The position numbers were made by a program, and so were the translations under genes. The notes beneath the pieces were generated by a model that worked only from the letters and a program-made list of their open reading frames with translations, had not been told where the DNA came from and ran no database searches. DNA of 35,234 bases from Actinobacteria bacterium UBA5182 (GTDB lineage: Bacteria > Actinomycetota > UBA4738), in assembly GCA_002413185.1 (NCBI GenBank), contig DHWM01000091.1, positions 83,664-118,897 on the forward strand, given 5' to 3'. This document shows positions 17,398-25,538 of this stretch, piece after piece. Within the stretch, counting starts at the first letter, position 1. Each line of letters opens with the position of its first letter.

Positions 17398-18683
17398 AAG
17401 ATCCCGAACCGCTCGACGTCTCCAAGCTGGACTCGATTCGGATCGACCCGGCCCTGTGGCGTGGGTTGACCCAGCGTCGATTCTCCCGCCGAGACCTGCT
17501 GAAGTACACCGGCTACGGAGCGGGCAGCGCGGGCCTGGCCGCCTTCCTGGCAGCTTGCGGGGTTTCGGGCACCGCCACGAAGCACACCACTCCTCCAGTG
17601 AGCGCTGTGGAGGCCTTCTGGAAGAAGCAGCACAAGACCGGGACGCTGAACTTCGCCAACTGGCCCGACTACATCGACAAGGACGACAACGGCAACAGTC
17701 CCACGCTGCTGAAGTTCACCCAGCAGACCGGGATCAAAGTGAGCTACCACGAGGTCATCGCCGACAACGAGGTATTCCTTCCCAAGGTCCTTCCCGCCCT
17801 CCAAGCCGGCCAAGACACCGGCTACGACCTCATGGTCATCACGAACGGAGACCCACTGGACGAGCTGCTGAAGCCCGGCTACCTCATCCCGCTCGACCAC
17901 TCCTACCTCAAGACTTTCGAGCAGTACGCCAACCCGAAGATCAAGAACCCGCCCTACGATCCCGGCAACCAGTACACCGTTGCCTGGCAATCCGGGCTCA
18001 CCGGGATCGGCTGGAACTCCAAGAAGATCAAGCGGCCCATCACGACCTTTTTCGACCTGTTCGACCCCGCGTTCAAGGGCAAGGTCGGGTTCTTCGAGAA
18101 CCTCCAAGATTACCCCAACGCCATCCTCGTCGCCATGGGCCTGAACCCCCAGACGAGCACGCAAGACGAGTGGAAGAAGGCGGCCGACATGGTCCTGGAA
18201 CAGTTCAACAAGGGCCAGTTCCGGCACTTCTATAACAACAACTACATCGACGCGCTCGAGAACGGCGACATCTGGATCACCCAGGCCTGGTCCGGGGACA
18301 TCCAGATCGCCCAGTTGTCCGTGGCGGATGGCGGTGACGGCTATCCGGAGATGCGCTTCGTCATCCCGAAGGAGGGCGGGCTCATCTGGACCGACAACAT
18401 GTGCATCCCCCAGCACGCCCAGCACCCCGTCGACGCCATCATGATGATGGACTTCGTCTACCAGCCCCAGGTCGCCGCGGAGATGACGGACTACATCCAG
18501 TACATCTCTCCGGTGCCGGCCGCCCAGCAGATCCTCCAGGGTTCCGATCCAGCCGTGGCCAACAACCACGAGGTGTTCCCGACCACGGACGACCTGGCCC
18601 ACTGGTTCCCGTACAAGGTGTTCAAGGACAACGCCGAGACGGAGGCGTGGAAGACCATCTTCGGTGCCGTGACCAATCAGTGA
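17394..18683 (+). CDS. potD: Polyamine-type ABC substrate-binding lipoprotein with Tat signal (PotD/PotF family)
   Basis: ATG 17394 overlaps the potA stop (ATGA) and follows a GGGAGGAGGAG SD. Twin-arginine motif SRRDLLK and lipobox LAAC. The PotD-like core runs LNFANWPDYID...F...TGIKV.Y.E.......F..K. Confidence 0.85.
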   Translation: MKDPEPLDVSKLDSIRIDPALWRGLTQRRFSRRDLLKYTGYGAGSAGLAAFLAACGVSGTATKHTTPPVSAVEAFWKKQHKTGTLNFANWPDYIDKDDNGNSPTLLKFTQQTGIKVSYHEVIADNEVFLPKVLPALQAGQDTGYDLMVITNGDPLDELLKPGYLIPLDHSYLKTFEQYANPKIKNPPYDPGNQYTVAWQSGLTGIGWNSKKIKRPITTFFDLFDPAFKGKVGFFENLQDYPNAILVAMGLNPQTSTQDEWKKAADMVLEQFNKGQFRHFYNNNYIDALENGDIWITQAWSGDIQIAQLSVADGGDGYPEMRFVIPKEGGLIWTDNMCIPQHAQHPVDAIMMMDFVYQPQVAAEMTDYIQYISPVPAAQQILQGSDPAVANNHEVFPTTDDLAHWFPYKVFKDNAETEAWKTIFGAVTNQ

Positions 18684-19546
18684 GCGGTAACGATCGCCTG
18701 GGAAGGCGGGCCGCCCCGTACCTCCTGACGATGCCCGGCATGCTGTGGCTGGTGGCGTTCTTCCTGGCCCCGCTGGTCCTCATGGTCACGCTCTCCACTC
18801 AGACGGGGAATCTGCTCGACGGGTTCCGGCAAACGTGGCACTTCGGGATCTACCCTCAGGTAATCTGGCAGTACCAGCACCAGTTCCTTCGTTCGTTCGA
18901 ATATGGAGGTGCTGCCACCATCATCGCCCTGGTGGTCTCCTATCCCCTGGCGTACTGGATCGCCTTCCACGGCGGGCGACGCAAGACCACGCTGCTCTTC
19001 TTGTTGATCCTGCCCTTCTTCGTGTCGTTCGTGATCAGGACGCTCGCTTGGCAGTTCATCCTGGCGGACGACGGGATCGTTCTGGGTGCCCTGAAGCGCT
19101 GGCACCTTCTCCCGAGCGGCTACCACGCCCTGGCCACCTCCACGGCGGTGATCAGCGGCCTCGCCTATAACTTTCTCCCGTTCATGGCCCTGCCGCTCTA
19201 TGTGTCCCTCGAACGGATCGACCGCAGCGTCGTGGAGGCGGCCGGCGACCTGTACGCGAGCGGCCGCGACGTCTTCCTTCGAGTCATCCTGCCGCTGTCG
19301 CTGCCGGGTGTGTTCGCCGGCGGCCTCCTGACGTTCGTGCCGGCCACTGGGGACTACGTGAACGCCGACGTGCTGGGCGGCACGCGCAACAACATGGTGG
19401 GCAACGCGATCCAGCGGGAGTATCTCGAGTTCTTCCACTACCCGGCCGGCGCGGCGATGTCCACGATCCTGATGGTCCTACTGTTGGTCGGGATCTTCGC
19501 CTACGCGCGGGCCCTGGGGACGCGGAGCATCCAGGAGTACGTGTGA
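18680..19546 (+). CDS. potB: Polyamine-type ABC transporter permease (PotB)
   Basis: The GTG at 18680 overlaps the potD stop (GTGA). It is a multi-TM protein with the EAA-loop-like segment LERIDRSVVEAAGDLYASGRDVFLRVILPLSLPG. Confidence 0.85.
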   Translation: MSGNDRLGRRAAPYLLTMPGMLWLVAFFLAPLVLMVTLSTQTGNLLDGFRQTWHFGIYPQVIWQYQHQFLRSFEYGGAATIIALVVSYPLAYWIAFHGGRRKTTLLFLLILPFFVSFVIRTLAWQFILADDGIVLGALKRWHLLPSGYHALATSTAVISGLAYNFLPFMALPLYVSLERIDRSVVEAAGDLYASGRDVFLRVILPLSLPGVFAGGLLTFVPATGDYVNADVLGGTRNNMVGNAIQREYLEFFHYPAGAAMSTILMVLLLVGIFAYARALGTRSIQEYV

Positions 19547-20292
19547 GCATCGTCGCCACCCGCGACGCGTCGCTCGTGGAGGGGTGGGGCGGCCCGAAGC
19601 AGACCCGGAAACAACGGCGCCTGCGGCGCTTCGTGCTTCCCATCTACAGCGCGCTAGTGATCCTGTATCTCCTGACGCCGATCTTCATCATCGTCCTGTA
19701 CGGCTTCAATCAGACCAGCCCCAAGAAGGTGGCGTTCCGGTGGGGTGGGTTCACGCTTCGGTGGTATCGGAAGGCCTTCGTCCTGTCCGGCCTGACGGCC
19801 GCGTTCAAGAACTCGCTGATGATCGCGGCCATCAGCACGATCATCGCCACCATCCTGGGGACGCTCGTGGCACTGGCGCTGTTCCGCTATCGGTACCGGG
19901 GGAAGGGGGCCACGGAAGGCATCCTGTTCGCGAACATCGCCGCGCCCGAGATCGTGCTCGGCGCATCGCTCCTCTCGCTGTTCGTCCTGTTCGGAGTCCC
20001 CCGCGGGATCAGGACGATCATCATTGCCCACGTCATGTTCAACATCGCCTATGTGGCGGTGACGGTGCGCGCTCGGATGGCCGGGTTCGATCGCGCTATC
20101 GAGGAGGCGGCCCAGGACCTCGGAGCGAATCCCCTTCAGACGTTCATCAGGGTCACGCTGCCGTTGATCTTCCCCGGCATCCTGGCTGGCGCCCTGCTCG
20201 CGTTTGCCCTGTCCATCGACGATTTCATCATCACCAACTTCGTGTCAGGGGCCGTCGAGACGTTCCCGATCTGGGTCTACGGGGCCGTCTAG
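19543..20292 (+). CDS. potC: Polyamine-type ABC transporter permease (PotC), ends at a premature-looking in-frame TAG
   Basis: The GTG at 19543 overlaps the potB stop (GTGA). EAA loop FDRAIEEAAQDLGANPLQTFIRVTLPLIFPG. The frame stops at TAG 20290-20292 right after ...ETFPIWVYGAV, before the usual last helix (see next feature). Confidence 0.8.
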   Translation: MSIVATRDASLVEGWGGPKQTRKQRRLRRFVLPIYSALVILYLLTPIFIIVLYGFNQTSPKKVAFRWGGFTLRWYRKAFVLSGLTAAFKNSLMIAAISTIIATILGTLVALALFRYRYRGKGATEGILFANIAAPEIVLGASLLSLFVLFGVPRGIRTIIIAHVMFNIAYVAVTVRARMAGFDRAIEEAAQDLGANPLQTFIRVTLPLIFPGILAGALLAFALSIDDFIITNFVSGAVETFPIWVYGAV

Positions 20293-20394
20293 GTCGGCAT
20301 TCCTCCACAGGTCTTCGTGATGGGTACTCTGATCTTCCTGACAGGTGTGACGCTGGCCGCGGCGAACCTCGTCCTCCAGCGACGGAAGGCCTGA
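20293..20394 (+). other. In-frame continuation of potC after the TAG (would encode the missing last TM helix)
   Basis: Same frame as potC. It reads VGIPPQVFVMGTLIFLTGVTLAAANLVLQRRKA then TGA 20392-20394, with high third-position G+C. It is collinear with the PotC/PotI C-terminus (E. coli ...YSMVKVGVSPEVNALATILLV...). Confidence 0.6.
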
Positions 20395-20429
20395 CGCGAA
20401 ATCCCACGAGCCAGAAGGAGCCGACCCAC

Positions 20430-21836
20430 GTGCCAATGGAGACCGACACCCAGCGAGTGACAGCGAAGGCCAAGGAGATCGCGGCGAAGGAGCAGGAGCG
20501 GCTGCTCGAACGAACCGGCGCGTCGGGCGAGCTCTTCAAGCGCGCGGTGAAGAGCCTCCCGATGGGGGTGGCGTCGACCTTCCAGGCGGCCGACCCGTAC
20601 CCGATCTACCTGGACCGCGGCCTTGGCTCGCACGTGTGGGACGTCGACGGCACCGAGTACCTCGACTTCCACAGCGGCTTCGGGGTCAACGTGGTGGGGC
20701 ACGCCCACCCCAAGATCGTCGAGGCGATCGAGCGGGCGGCTCGAACGGGCACGCATTTCGCCGTCACCACCGAGGTGACGGTGGCGCTGGCCGAGGAGAT
20801 CTGCCGGCGGTTCGGGCTGGACCAGCTTCGCTTCGTCAACTCCGGGACCGAGGCGACGATGGACGCCATCCGAGTGGCCAGAGCGGCCACCGGACGTGAC
20901 ATCATCCTGAAGATCGAGGGGTCCTACCACGGCCATCACGACGACGTCCTGTTCTCGGTGGTGCCCGAGGCCGAGGTCCTGGGGATCCGCTACAACACCG
21001 GCGTGGACGGCGGCCCCGGGGTCGACGATTTCTACATGACCGTGCCCACGTCGAAGGGCGTCCCGGCCAACACGGCGGAGAACACCCTGATCGTGCCGTT
21101 CAACAACCAGAAGGCCCTGGAGCGGGCCCTGGGGCAGGTGGGGGAGGACGTCGCCGCGCTGATCATGGAGCCGGTGATGATGAACATCGGCATCGTGATT
21201 CCTCGGCCCGGCTACCTGGAACGGGTTCGGGAGCTCTGCTCGCAACACGGCGTCGTGCTGATCTTCGACGAGGTGAAGTCGGGCGCCACCATCGCTTCCG
21301 GCGGGGCCATCGAGCGGTTCGGCGTCCAGCCCGACCTGGCCTGCTTCGCCAAGGCCATCGGCGGTGGGACAACCATCGGAGCGTTCGGCGGACGAGCCGA
21401 CGTCATGGAGGTGATCACGCGGGGGGCTGCCCAGCAGGGGACGTTCAACGGGAACCCGCTGTCATGCCGGGCGGGGCTGGTCGCGCTGACGGAGGTCCTC
21501 ACACCGGATGCCTACGAGCATCTCGGCAAGCTCGGAACCATGCTGGCCGAAGGGTGCCGGCGGGCCCTCGAGGAGGGCGGCATCCCGGCCCACTCCGTCG
21601 ATCTCGGCGCGAAGGGATGCGTCTCCTACCGGCCGGAGCCGCTTCGGAACTACCGTGACTTCCTGGACTGCAACACGGACCTGTTCGCCGCGTCGTGGCC
21701 GTGGATGGTGAACCGGGGCATCTTCATGACCCCCGGCGACGAGGAGCAGTGGACCATCAGCGTCCAGCACTCCGAGCAGGACGTCCAGGCTTACGTGGAC
21801 GCGTTCGGGGAGTTCTGCGCCGAACTGAACGCCTGA
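20430..21836 (+). CDS. Class III PLP aminotransferase, glutamate-1-semialdehyde aminomutase (HemL)-like subgroup
   Basis: The GTG at 20430 lies 9 nt after a GAAGGAG SD (an ATG at 20436 is the alternative). HemL-like pattern LF.RA.K.LP.GV.S......P.P......G..VWDVDG.EY.DF....G....GHAHP.IV.AI......G, then NSGTEATM.AIR.ARA.TGR, IFDEV and FAKAIGGG (the likely PLP lysine). The tracked 750-aa ORF is a fusion with an upstream shadow frame. Confidence 0.85.
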   Translation: MPMETDTQRVTAKAKEIAAKEQERLLERTGASGELFKRAVKSLPMGVASTFQAADPYPIYLDRGLGSHVWDVDGTEYLDFHSGFGVNVVGHAHPKIVEAIERAARTGTHFAVTTEVTVALAEEICRRFGLDQLRFVNSGTEATMDAIRVARAATGRDIILKIEGSYHGHHDDVLFSVVPEAEVLGIRYNTGVDGGPGVDDFYMTVPTSKGVPANTAENTLIVPFNNQKALERALGQVGEDVAALIMEPVMMNIGIVIPRPGYLERVRELCSQHGVVLIFDEVKSGATIASGGAIERFGVQPDLACFAKAIGGGTTIGAFGGRADVMEVITRGAAQQGTFNGNPLSCRAGLVALTEVLTPDAYEHLGKLGTMLAEGCRRALEEGGIPAHSVDLGAKGCVSYRPEPLRNYRDFLDCNTDLFAASWPWMVNRGIFMTPGDEEQWTISVQHSEQDVQAYVDAFGEFCAELNA

Positions 21837-21932
21837 CCCGGACCGACCAGCCCGGGACGCTCACCACTGTTCGGCGGTCAGCGGGAAGGGGTCACCGGCG
21901 CCGGTTACTGATCCGAACCGCGGATCGGCATC

Positions 21933-21958
21933 GGGGCGGCTCCCCAGCGGGCCGCCCC
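21933..21958. terminator. GC-rich hairpin between convergent operons (possible bidirectional intrinsic terminator, no U-tract)
   Basis: GGGGCGGC (21933-21940) and GCCGCCCC (21951-21958) form an 8-bp stem with a 10-nt loop. A second small hairpin, GATCCG-N5-CGGATC, lies at 21910-21926. Confidence 0.35.
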
Positions 21959-21968
21959 GTGCCCTCCC

Positions 21969-22967
21969 TCACAACGAGCGTTCGGGCCTGGGCTCGCGGC
22001 CGAGCTTCCGCAGGGCCAGCCCGGACAGCGCCTCCAACACCAGCCGATTCGCCAGAAACGCGGTGATCTCGCTCTGGTCATAGGGAGGAGCGACCTCCAC
22101 AACCTCCATCCCGGCGAACCCAACCTGCCAGGCCAGCCGGCGAACCGCTCGAAGCGCCTCCCGTGCGGTGATGCCTCCCGGCTCCGGAGTTCCCGTTCCG
22201 GGGGCGAACCCCGGATCGCACACGTCGATGTCGAACGACAGGAACATGTGATCCCAGGGCCTTGCCGCCTCGACCACGTCGTCCATCACCGCGTCCATGC
22301 CGCGCTCGCTGATCTCCTCCATGAGGTGCCACCGAAAGCCACGCCGCCTGGCCCACTCGAACTCCTCGGGGTCCGGCCAGTACCCGCGCAGGCCGACCTG
22401 GACGATGTCCTCACCCCGCACCGAGCCCTCTTCGACCAGCAGCCGCAGTGGCGTCCCGTGGGAGAGCCGCACCCCGAACACCTCCGCCGCGTTGTCTGCG
22501 TGGGCGTCGAAGTGCACCAGCCCCACGCCCTCCGGCTTCACGTGCTCAGCGACCGCTCCGACGTCCGGATGGGCGATCGAATGGTCGCCGCCCAGGACGA
22601 TGGGCACCGCACCCCCGGCGCAGACCTCCCCGACAATCGCGCGGATGGCCCGGTGGGTGGCCTCCTTGTCGGCCGGCACGACCTCGGCGTCCCCGTAATC
22701 GACCACGGTGAGCACGTCGAACGGGTTCACCCCGAGGTCCATGTTGGGGCGGTGGGGGCCTCCGCCGACGTCGGCCAGGCGGATGGCGCGGGGTCCGAAC
22801 CGTGCGCCCGGGCGGTAGCTGACGGCATCGTCGGTGGGTGCGCCGACGATGGCGACGTCCACGCCGGTCAGGTCGTTCGGATCGAGGACGAGCGGAAGCT
22901 TTGCGAACGTGGCCCCGGCTCCCGCATAGGCGGGCTCGGAAGGCCGGCTGACGGGGACGCCCGGCAT
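21969..22967 (-). CDS. Ureohydrolase of the arginase/agmatinase family (agmatinase or guanidino-acid hydrolase)
   Basis: 332 aa from the ATG at 22967. Mn-binding motifs GGDHSIAHP, HFDAHADN, SFDIDVCDPGFAPGTGTPEPGG. The start overlaps the upstream stop by 1 nt (TGATG). The upstream 67 codons of the tracked ORF were discarded. Confidence 0.88.
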   Translation of the reverse strand: MPGVPVSRPSEPAYAGAGATFAKLPLVLDPNDLTGVDVAIVGAPTDDAVSYRPGARFGPRAIRLADVGGGPHRPNMDLGVNPFDVLTVVDYGDAEVVPADKEATHRAIRAIVGEVCAGGAVPIVLGGDHSIAHPDVGAVAEHVKPEGVGLVHFDAHADNAAEVFGVRLSHGTPLRLLVEEGSVRGEDIVQVGLRGYWPDPEEFEWARRRGFRWHLMEEISERGMDAVMDDVVEAARPWDHMFLSFDIDVCDPGFAPGTGTPEPGGITAREALRAVRRLAWQVGFAGMEVVEVAPPYDQSEITAFLANRLVLEALSGLALRKLGREPRPERSL

Positions 22968-23380
22968 CAGGGGCGATCCGGAACGGGAGGCTTCCGCTGG
23001 AATCGCTCCTGCACGACCGTGGTGCCGGTGGCCCTGGCCACCAGGACCGGCTCTTCGAGGACGTCGGCCGCGGACTCCGCCACGTCGTACCGGGTCTCGA
23101 TCACCTTCCACGCTTCGGCTTGGAAGGTCCGCGACGTCCGGCCCTCCCGAACGATCGTGGCCCGGCACTCCAGGAAGTCGCCGGGGCGAACGGGCACCAG
23201 GAACTCGACGCGTTCGTACGCTCGGAGCAGCCCCTCGTCGCCGTCCCGCCGCACCGTCAGCTCCGTGGCGAGGTCGCCGAACAGCTGCATGACGAACGCC
23301 CCCGCCGCGATCGTTCCGTAGTGGGCGTCCTCGGATCCCACGCGAAGTCGAAGCGTTGCCTCGATGGGTCGTTCGTTCAT
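22967..23380 (-). CDS. Hotdog-fold protein resembling 3-aminobutyryl-CoA / beta-alanyl-CoA ammonia-lyase
   Basis: 137 aa from the ATG at 23380 (GAAAGGAA SD 7 nt upstream, after the stop of the synthetase gene). The signature R.RV..EDAHYG....G....LFGD.ATEL....DGDEGL..AY..VEFL.PV..GD is one I associate with that lyase family. This is recalled from memory and was not searched. Confidence 0.55.
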   Translation of the reverse strand: MNERPIEATLRLRVGSEDAHYGTIAAGAFVMQLFGDLATELTVRRDGDEGLLRAYERVEFLVPVRPGDFLECRATIVREGRTSRTFQAEAWKVIETRYDVAESAADVLEEPVLVARATGTTVVQERFQRKPPVPDRP

Positions 23381-23399
23381 GGTCGGGTTCCTTTCGTCA

Positions 23400-25538
23400 T
23401 CATGCCCGGAGTACCACAAGGGCGTCGGCCGCGACCACCCCGCCGGGACCGGCGAACAGAGGGTTCACGTCGACTTCGGCGATCTCAGGGTGGTCCACCG
23501 CCAGCCGGGACAGCGCGGCGATCACGGCGGAGACGTCGACGGAATGGGCACCGGCCACGCTCACCAGCCGTCCTGCGGAACACTCCTCGAGCATCTCCTC
23601 CAGGTCCTCGGGCGATGCCGGACACACTCGCACGGCGACGTCGTGCAGGACCTCCGCGAACGCGCCTCCGGCGCCCACCAGCACCACCGGGCCGAACACA
23701 AGGTCGTGCCGCATCCCGCAGATGAGCTCCACGCCGGCCGCCGTCGCCTCGACCAGGACTCCTCGGGGCTCGCCGCGGGGGGTCCGGGCCCGATCCATCA
23801 AGACGGCGAACTCATTCTCGACGGCCGCCGGGGAGGAGATGTTCGCAGCCACCAGGCCGGCCGCCGCCTTGTGGGCCACGCCTGGGACGTCGGCCTTCAT
23901 CACCACCGGGTATCCGACGTGCCGGGCGGCCCGGATCGCCTCGGTCGCGGACGAGGCGAACAGCGCGGGGACGATCGGGATCCCGTATGCCTCGAGCACC
24001 TGTCGGCTGGCCGCCTCGGAGAGGATCGGGCCGCCCTCCGAGAGATCGAGGTCGACCGGCCGTCCCTGCGGCCGCGGAGTCGATCTGGGCTTCCACCCTC
24101 CCCACCACCAGGTTCGCCGCAGCGCCACCATCGACGGCCGAAGCCCGTGCAGGAGTGGTACCCCGGCGGCCCGCAGCGGGTCCCGCACGGCGGGGGCGGC
24201 CGAGCCCGTCGCCGGCACGGTGAAGAACACGGGCAGCTTCGGCGAATCGGTCATGGCGGCGATCAAGGCTTCGGCTGCGGCGATGCCGAGGTGGACCTCG
24301 TTCTCCCCGGCCCACGTGGTGACCTTGTCCAGCGCCACGACGACGACGTCGACGTCTTCGCCCGCTGCGGCGTCCAAGATCTCGCCGTACAACGCCGGGT
24401 AGTCGGGATCGACGCCCCACGGATCGATGGGGTTGCCGATGTAGGAGAAATTCGGCCATCGCTCCTTCAGCCGATTCACCAAACGGTCCGAAGGAGGGGG
24501 TAGCTCCAAGCCGACCCGCCTGGCGTGATCGGAGACCAGGTTGGCCTCGCCTCCGGAGTCGGTCACGACGAACAACTTCCGGCCCCGGGGGAGCCGTCCG
24601 TGCCCGAGGATCTCGGCGACCTCGAACAGCTCGTCGAGGTCGTCCACCCCGATCGCCCCAAGTTGATGCAGCAGGCCGGAGATGACTTCGTCCGTTCCGG
24701 CCAGCGTCCCCGAATGAGCGGCGATGGCGGCAGCCGACTCCGCCGAACGACCGGCCTGCAACACCGCCAGCGGCTTCTGGGCTGCCCGAAGAGCCTTCGC
24801 TCCGGCCACGAACCCCTCCGGGTCACGGAAGCCTTCCAGGAACAGGGCGACAGCCCCGGTCGCACTGTCGCCCGCAAAATAGGTCAGATAGTCCCCGATC
24901 GTCGTGACCGCTTCGTTGCCCGACGACACGAGCGCGGAGAAGCCGATCCGAGGGCCCATGTTCACGGCGGCCTCCACCACGGAGCCGCTCTGGGATACCA
25001 GCGCCACCCGCCCGGGCAGCAGGCTCGGGGGGATCTCGCCGATGTACATCGCCGAGTGGGCCAGGGGGGAGATCACGCCCATGCAGTTGGGGCCGCACAC
25101 CGCCATCCCGTACTCCGCGGCCACCTCGGTCATCTCGGCTTGGGCCCGAAGAGAGACTGCACCGGTCTCGGTGAAGCCGCCCCCGGGGACGACGGCGGCC
25201 CCGGCGCCCCTCTCCCCTGCTGCCCGGAGGACATCCGGCACGCGGCCGACGGGCACGGCTGCGACCACCGCCTCGGGCGCATCGGGGAGATCGTCGAGCG
25301 AGGGCCGGCACGGCCACCCGGCCACTTCCTGGTAGCTCGGGTTGATCGGATACACATCCCCGGCGTACCCCAGAGCCCGGAGGTTCTGGCACAGGATTCG
25401 ACCCACGTAGGACCGGGATGACGCTCCCACCACCGCGATGGACCGCGGCGCCAGGAGCGACCGGATCCGGCCGGTCGCCTCAGGCTGGCTCTTCTGCCGC
25501 ACCGGAGGATTGTTCCGCGCCGATCTCCCGGCCCTCAA
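23400..25538 (-). CDS. ADP/NDP-forming acyl-CoA synthetase (acetate--CoA ligase family, fused alpha-beta)
   Basis: The N-terminal CoA-binding domain reads LLAPRSIAVVGAS........L...GY.G.VYPINP. A succinyl-CoA-synthetase-like domain carries AAHSGTLAG. The C-terminal ATP-grasp region reads VLEAYGIP....L......EA..AA..VGYPVVMK. The start is uncertain: TTG 25538 or GTG 25502, both overlapping the DUF72 gene end. Confidence 0.85.
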   Translation of the reverse strand: MRAGRSARNNPPVRQKSQPEATGRIRSLLAPRSIAVVGASSRSYVGRILCQNLRALGYAGDVYPINPSYQEVAGWPCRPSLDDLPDAPEAVVAAVPVGRVPDVLRAAGERGAGAAVVPGGGFTETGAVSLRAQAEMTEVAAEYGMAVCGPNCMGVISPLAHSAMYIGEIPPSLLPGRVALVSQSGSVVEAAVNMGPRIGFSALVSSGNEAVTTIGDYLTYFAGDSATGAVALFLEGFRDPEGFVAGAKALRAAQKPLAVLQAGRSAESAAAIAAHSGTLAGTDEVISGLLHQLGAIGVDDLDELFEVAEILGHGRLPRGRKLFVVTDSGGEANLVSDHARRVGLELPPPSDRLVNRLKERWPNFSYIGNPIDPWGVDPDYPALYGEILDAAAGEDVDVVVVALDKVTTWAGENEVHLGIAAAEALIAAMTDSPKLPVFFTVPATGSAAPAVRDPLRAAGVPLLHGLRPSMVALRRTWWWGGWKPRSTPRPQGRPVDLDLSEGGPILSEAASRQVLEAYGIPIVPALFASSATEAIRAARHVGYPVVMKADVPGVAHKAAAGLVAANISSPAAVENEFAVLMDRARTPRGEPRGVLVEATAAGVELICGMRHDLVFGPVVLVGAGGAFAEVLHDVAVRVCPASPEDLEEMLEECSAGRLVSVAGAHSVDVSAVIAALSRLAVDHPEIAEVDVNPLFAGPGGVVAADALVVLRA

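Noticed and set aside
20290-20292. TAG in potC as pyrrolysine or a genome-wide reassigned sense codon.
   Set aside because: TAG is the ordinary terminator of several well-delimited genes in the same window. There is no pyl gene context, and the lineage looks actinobacterial. Mutation, error or low-level readthrough are the realistic options.
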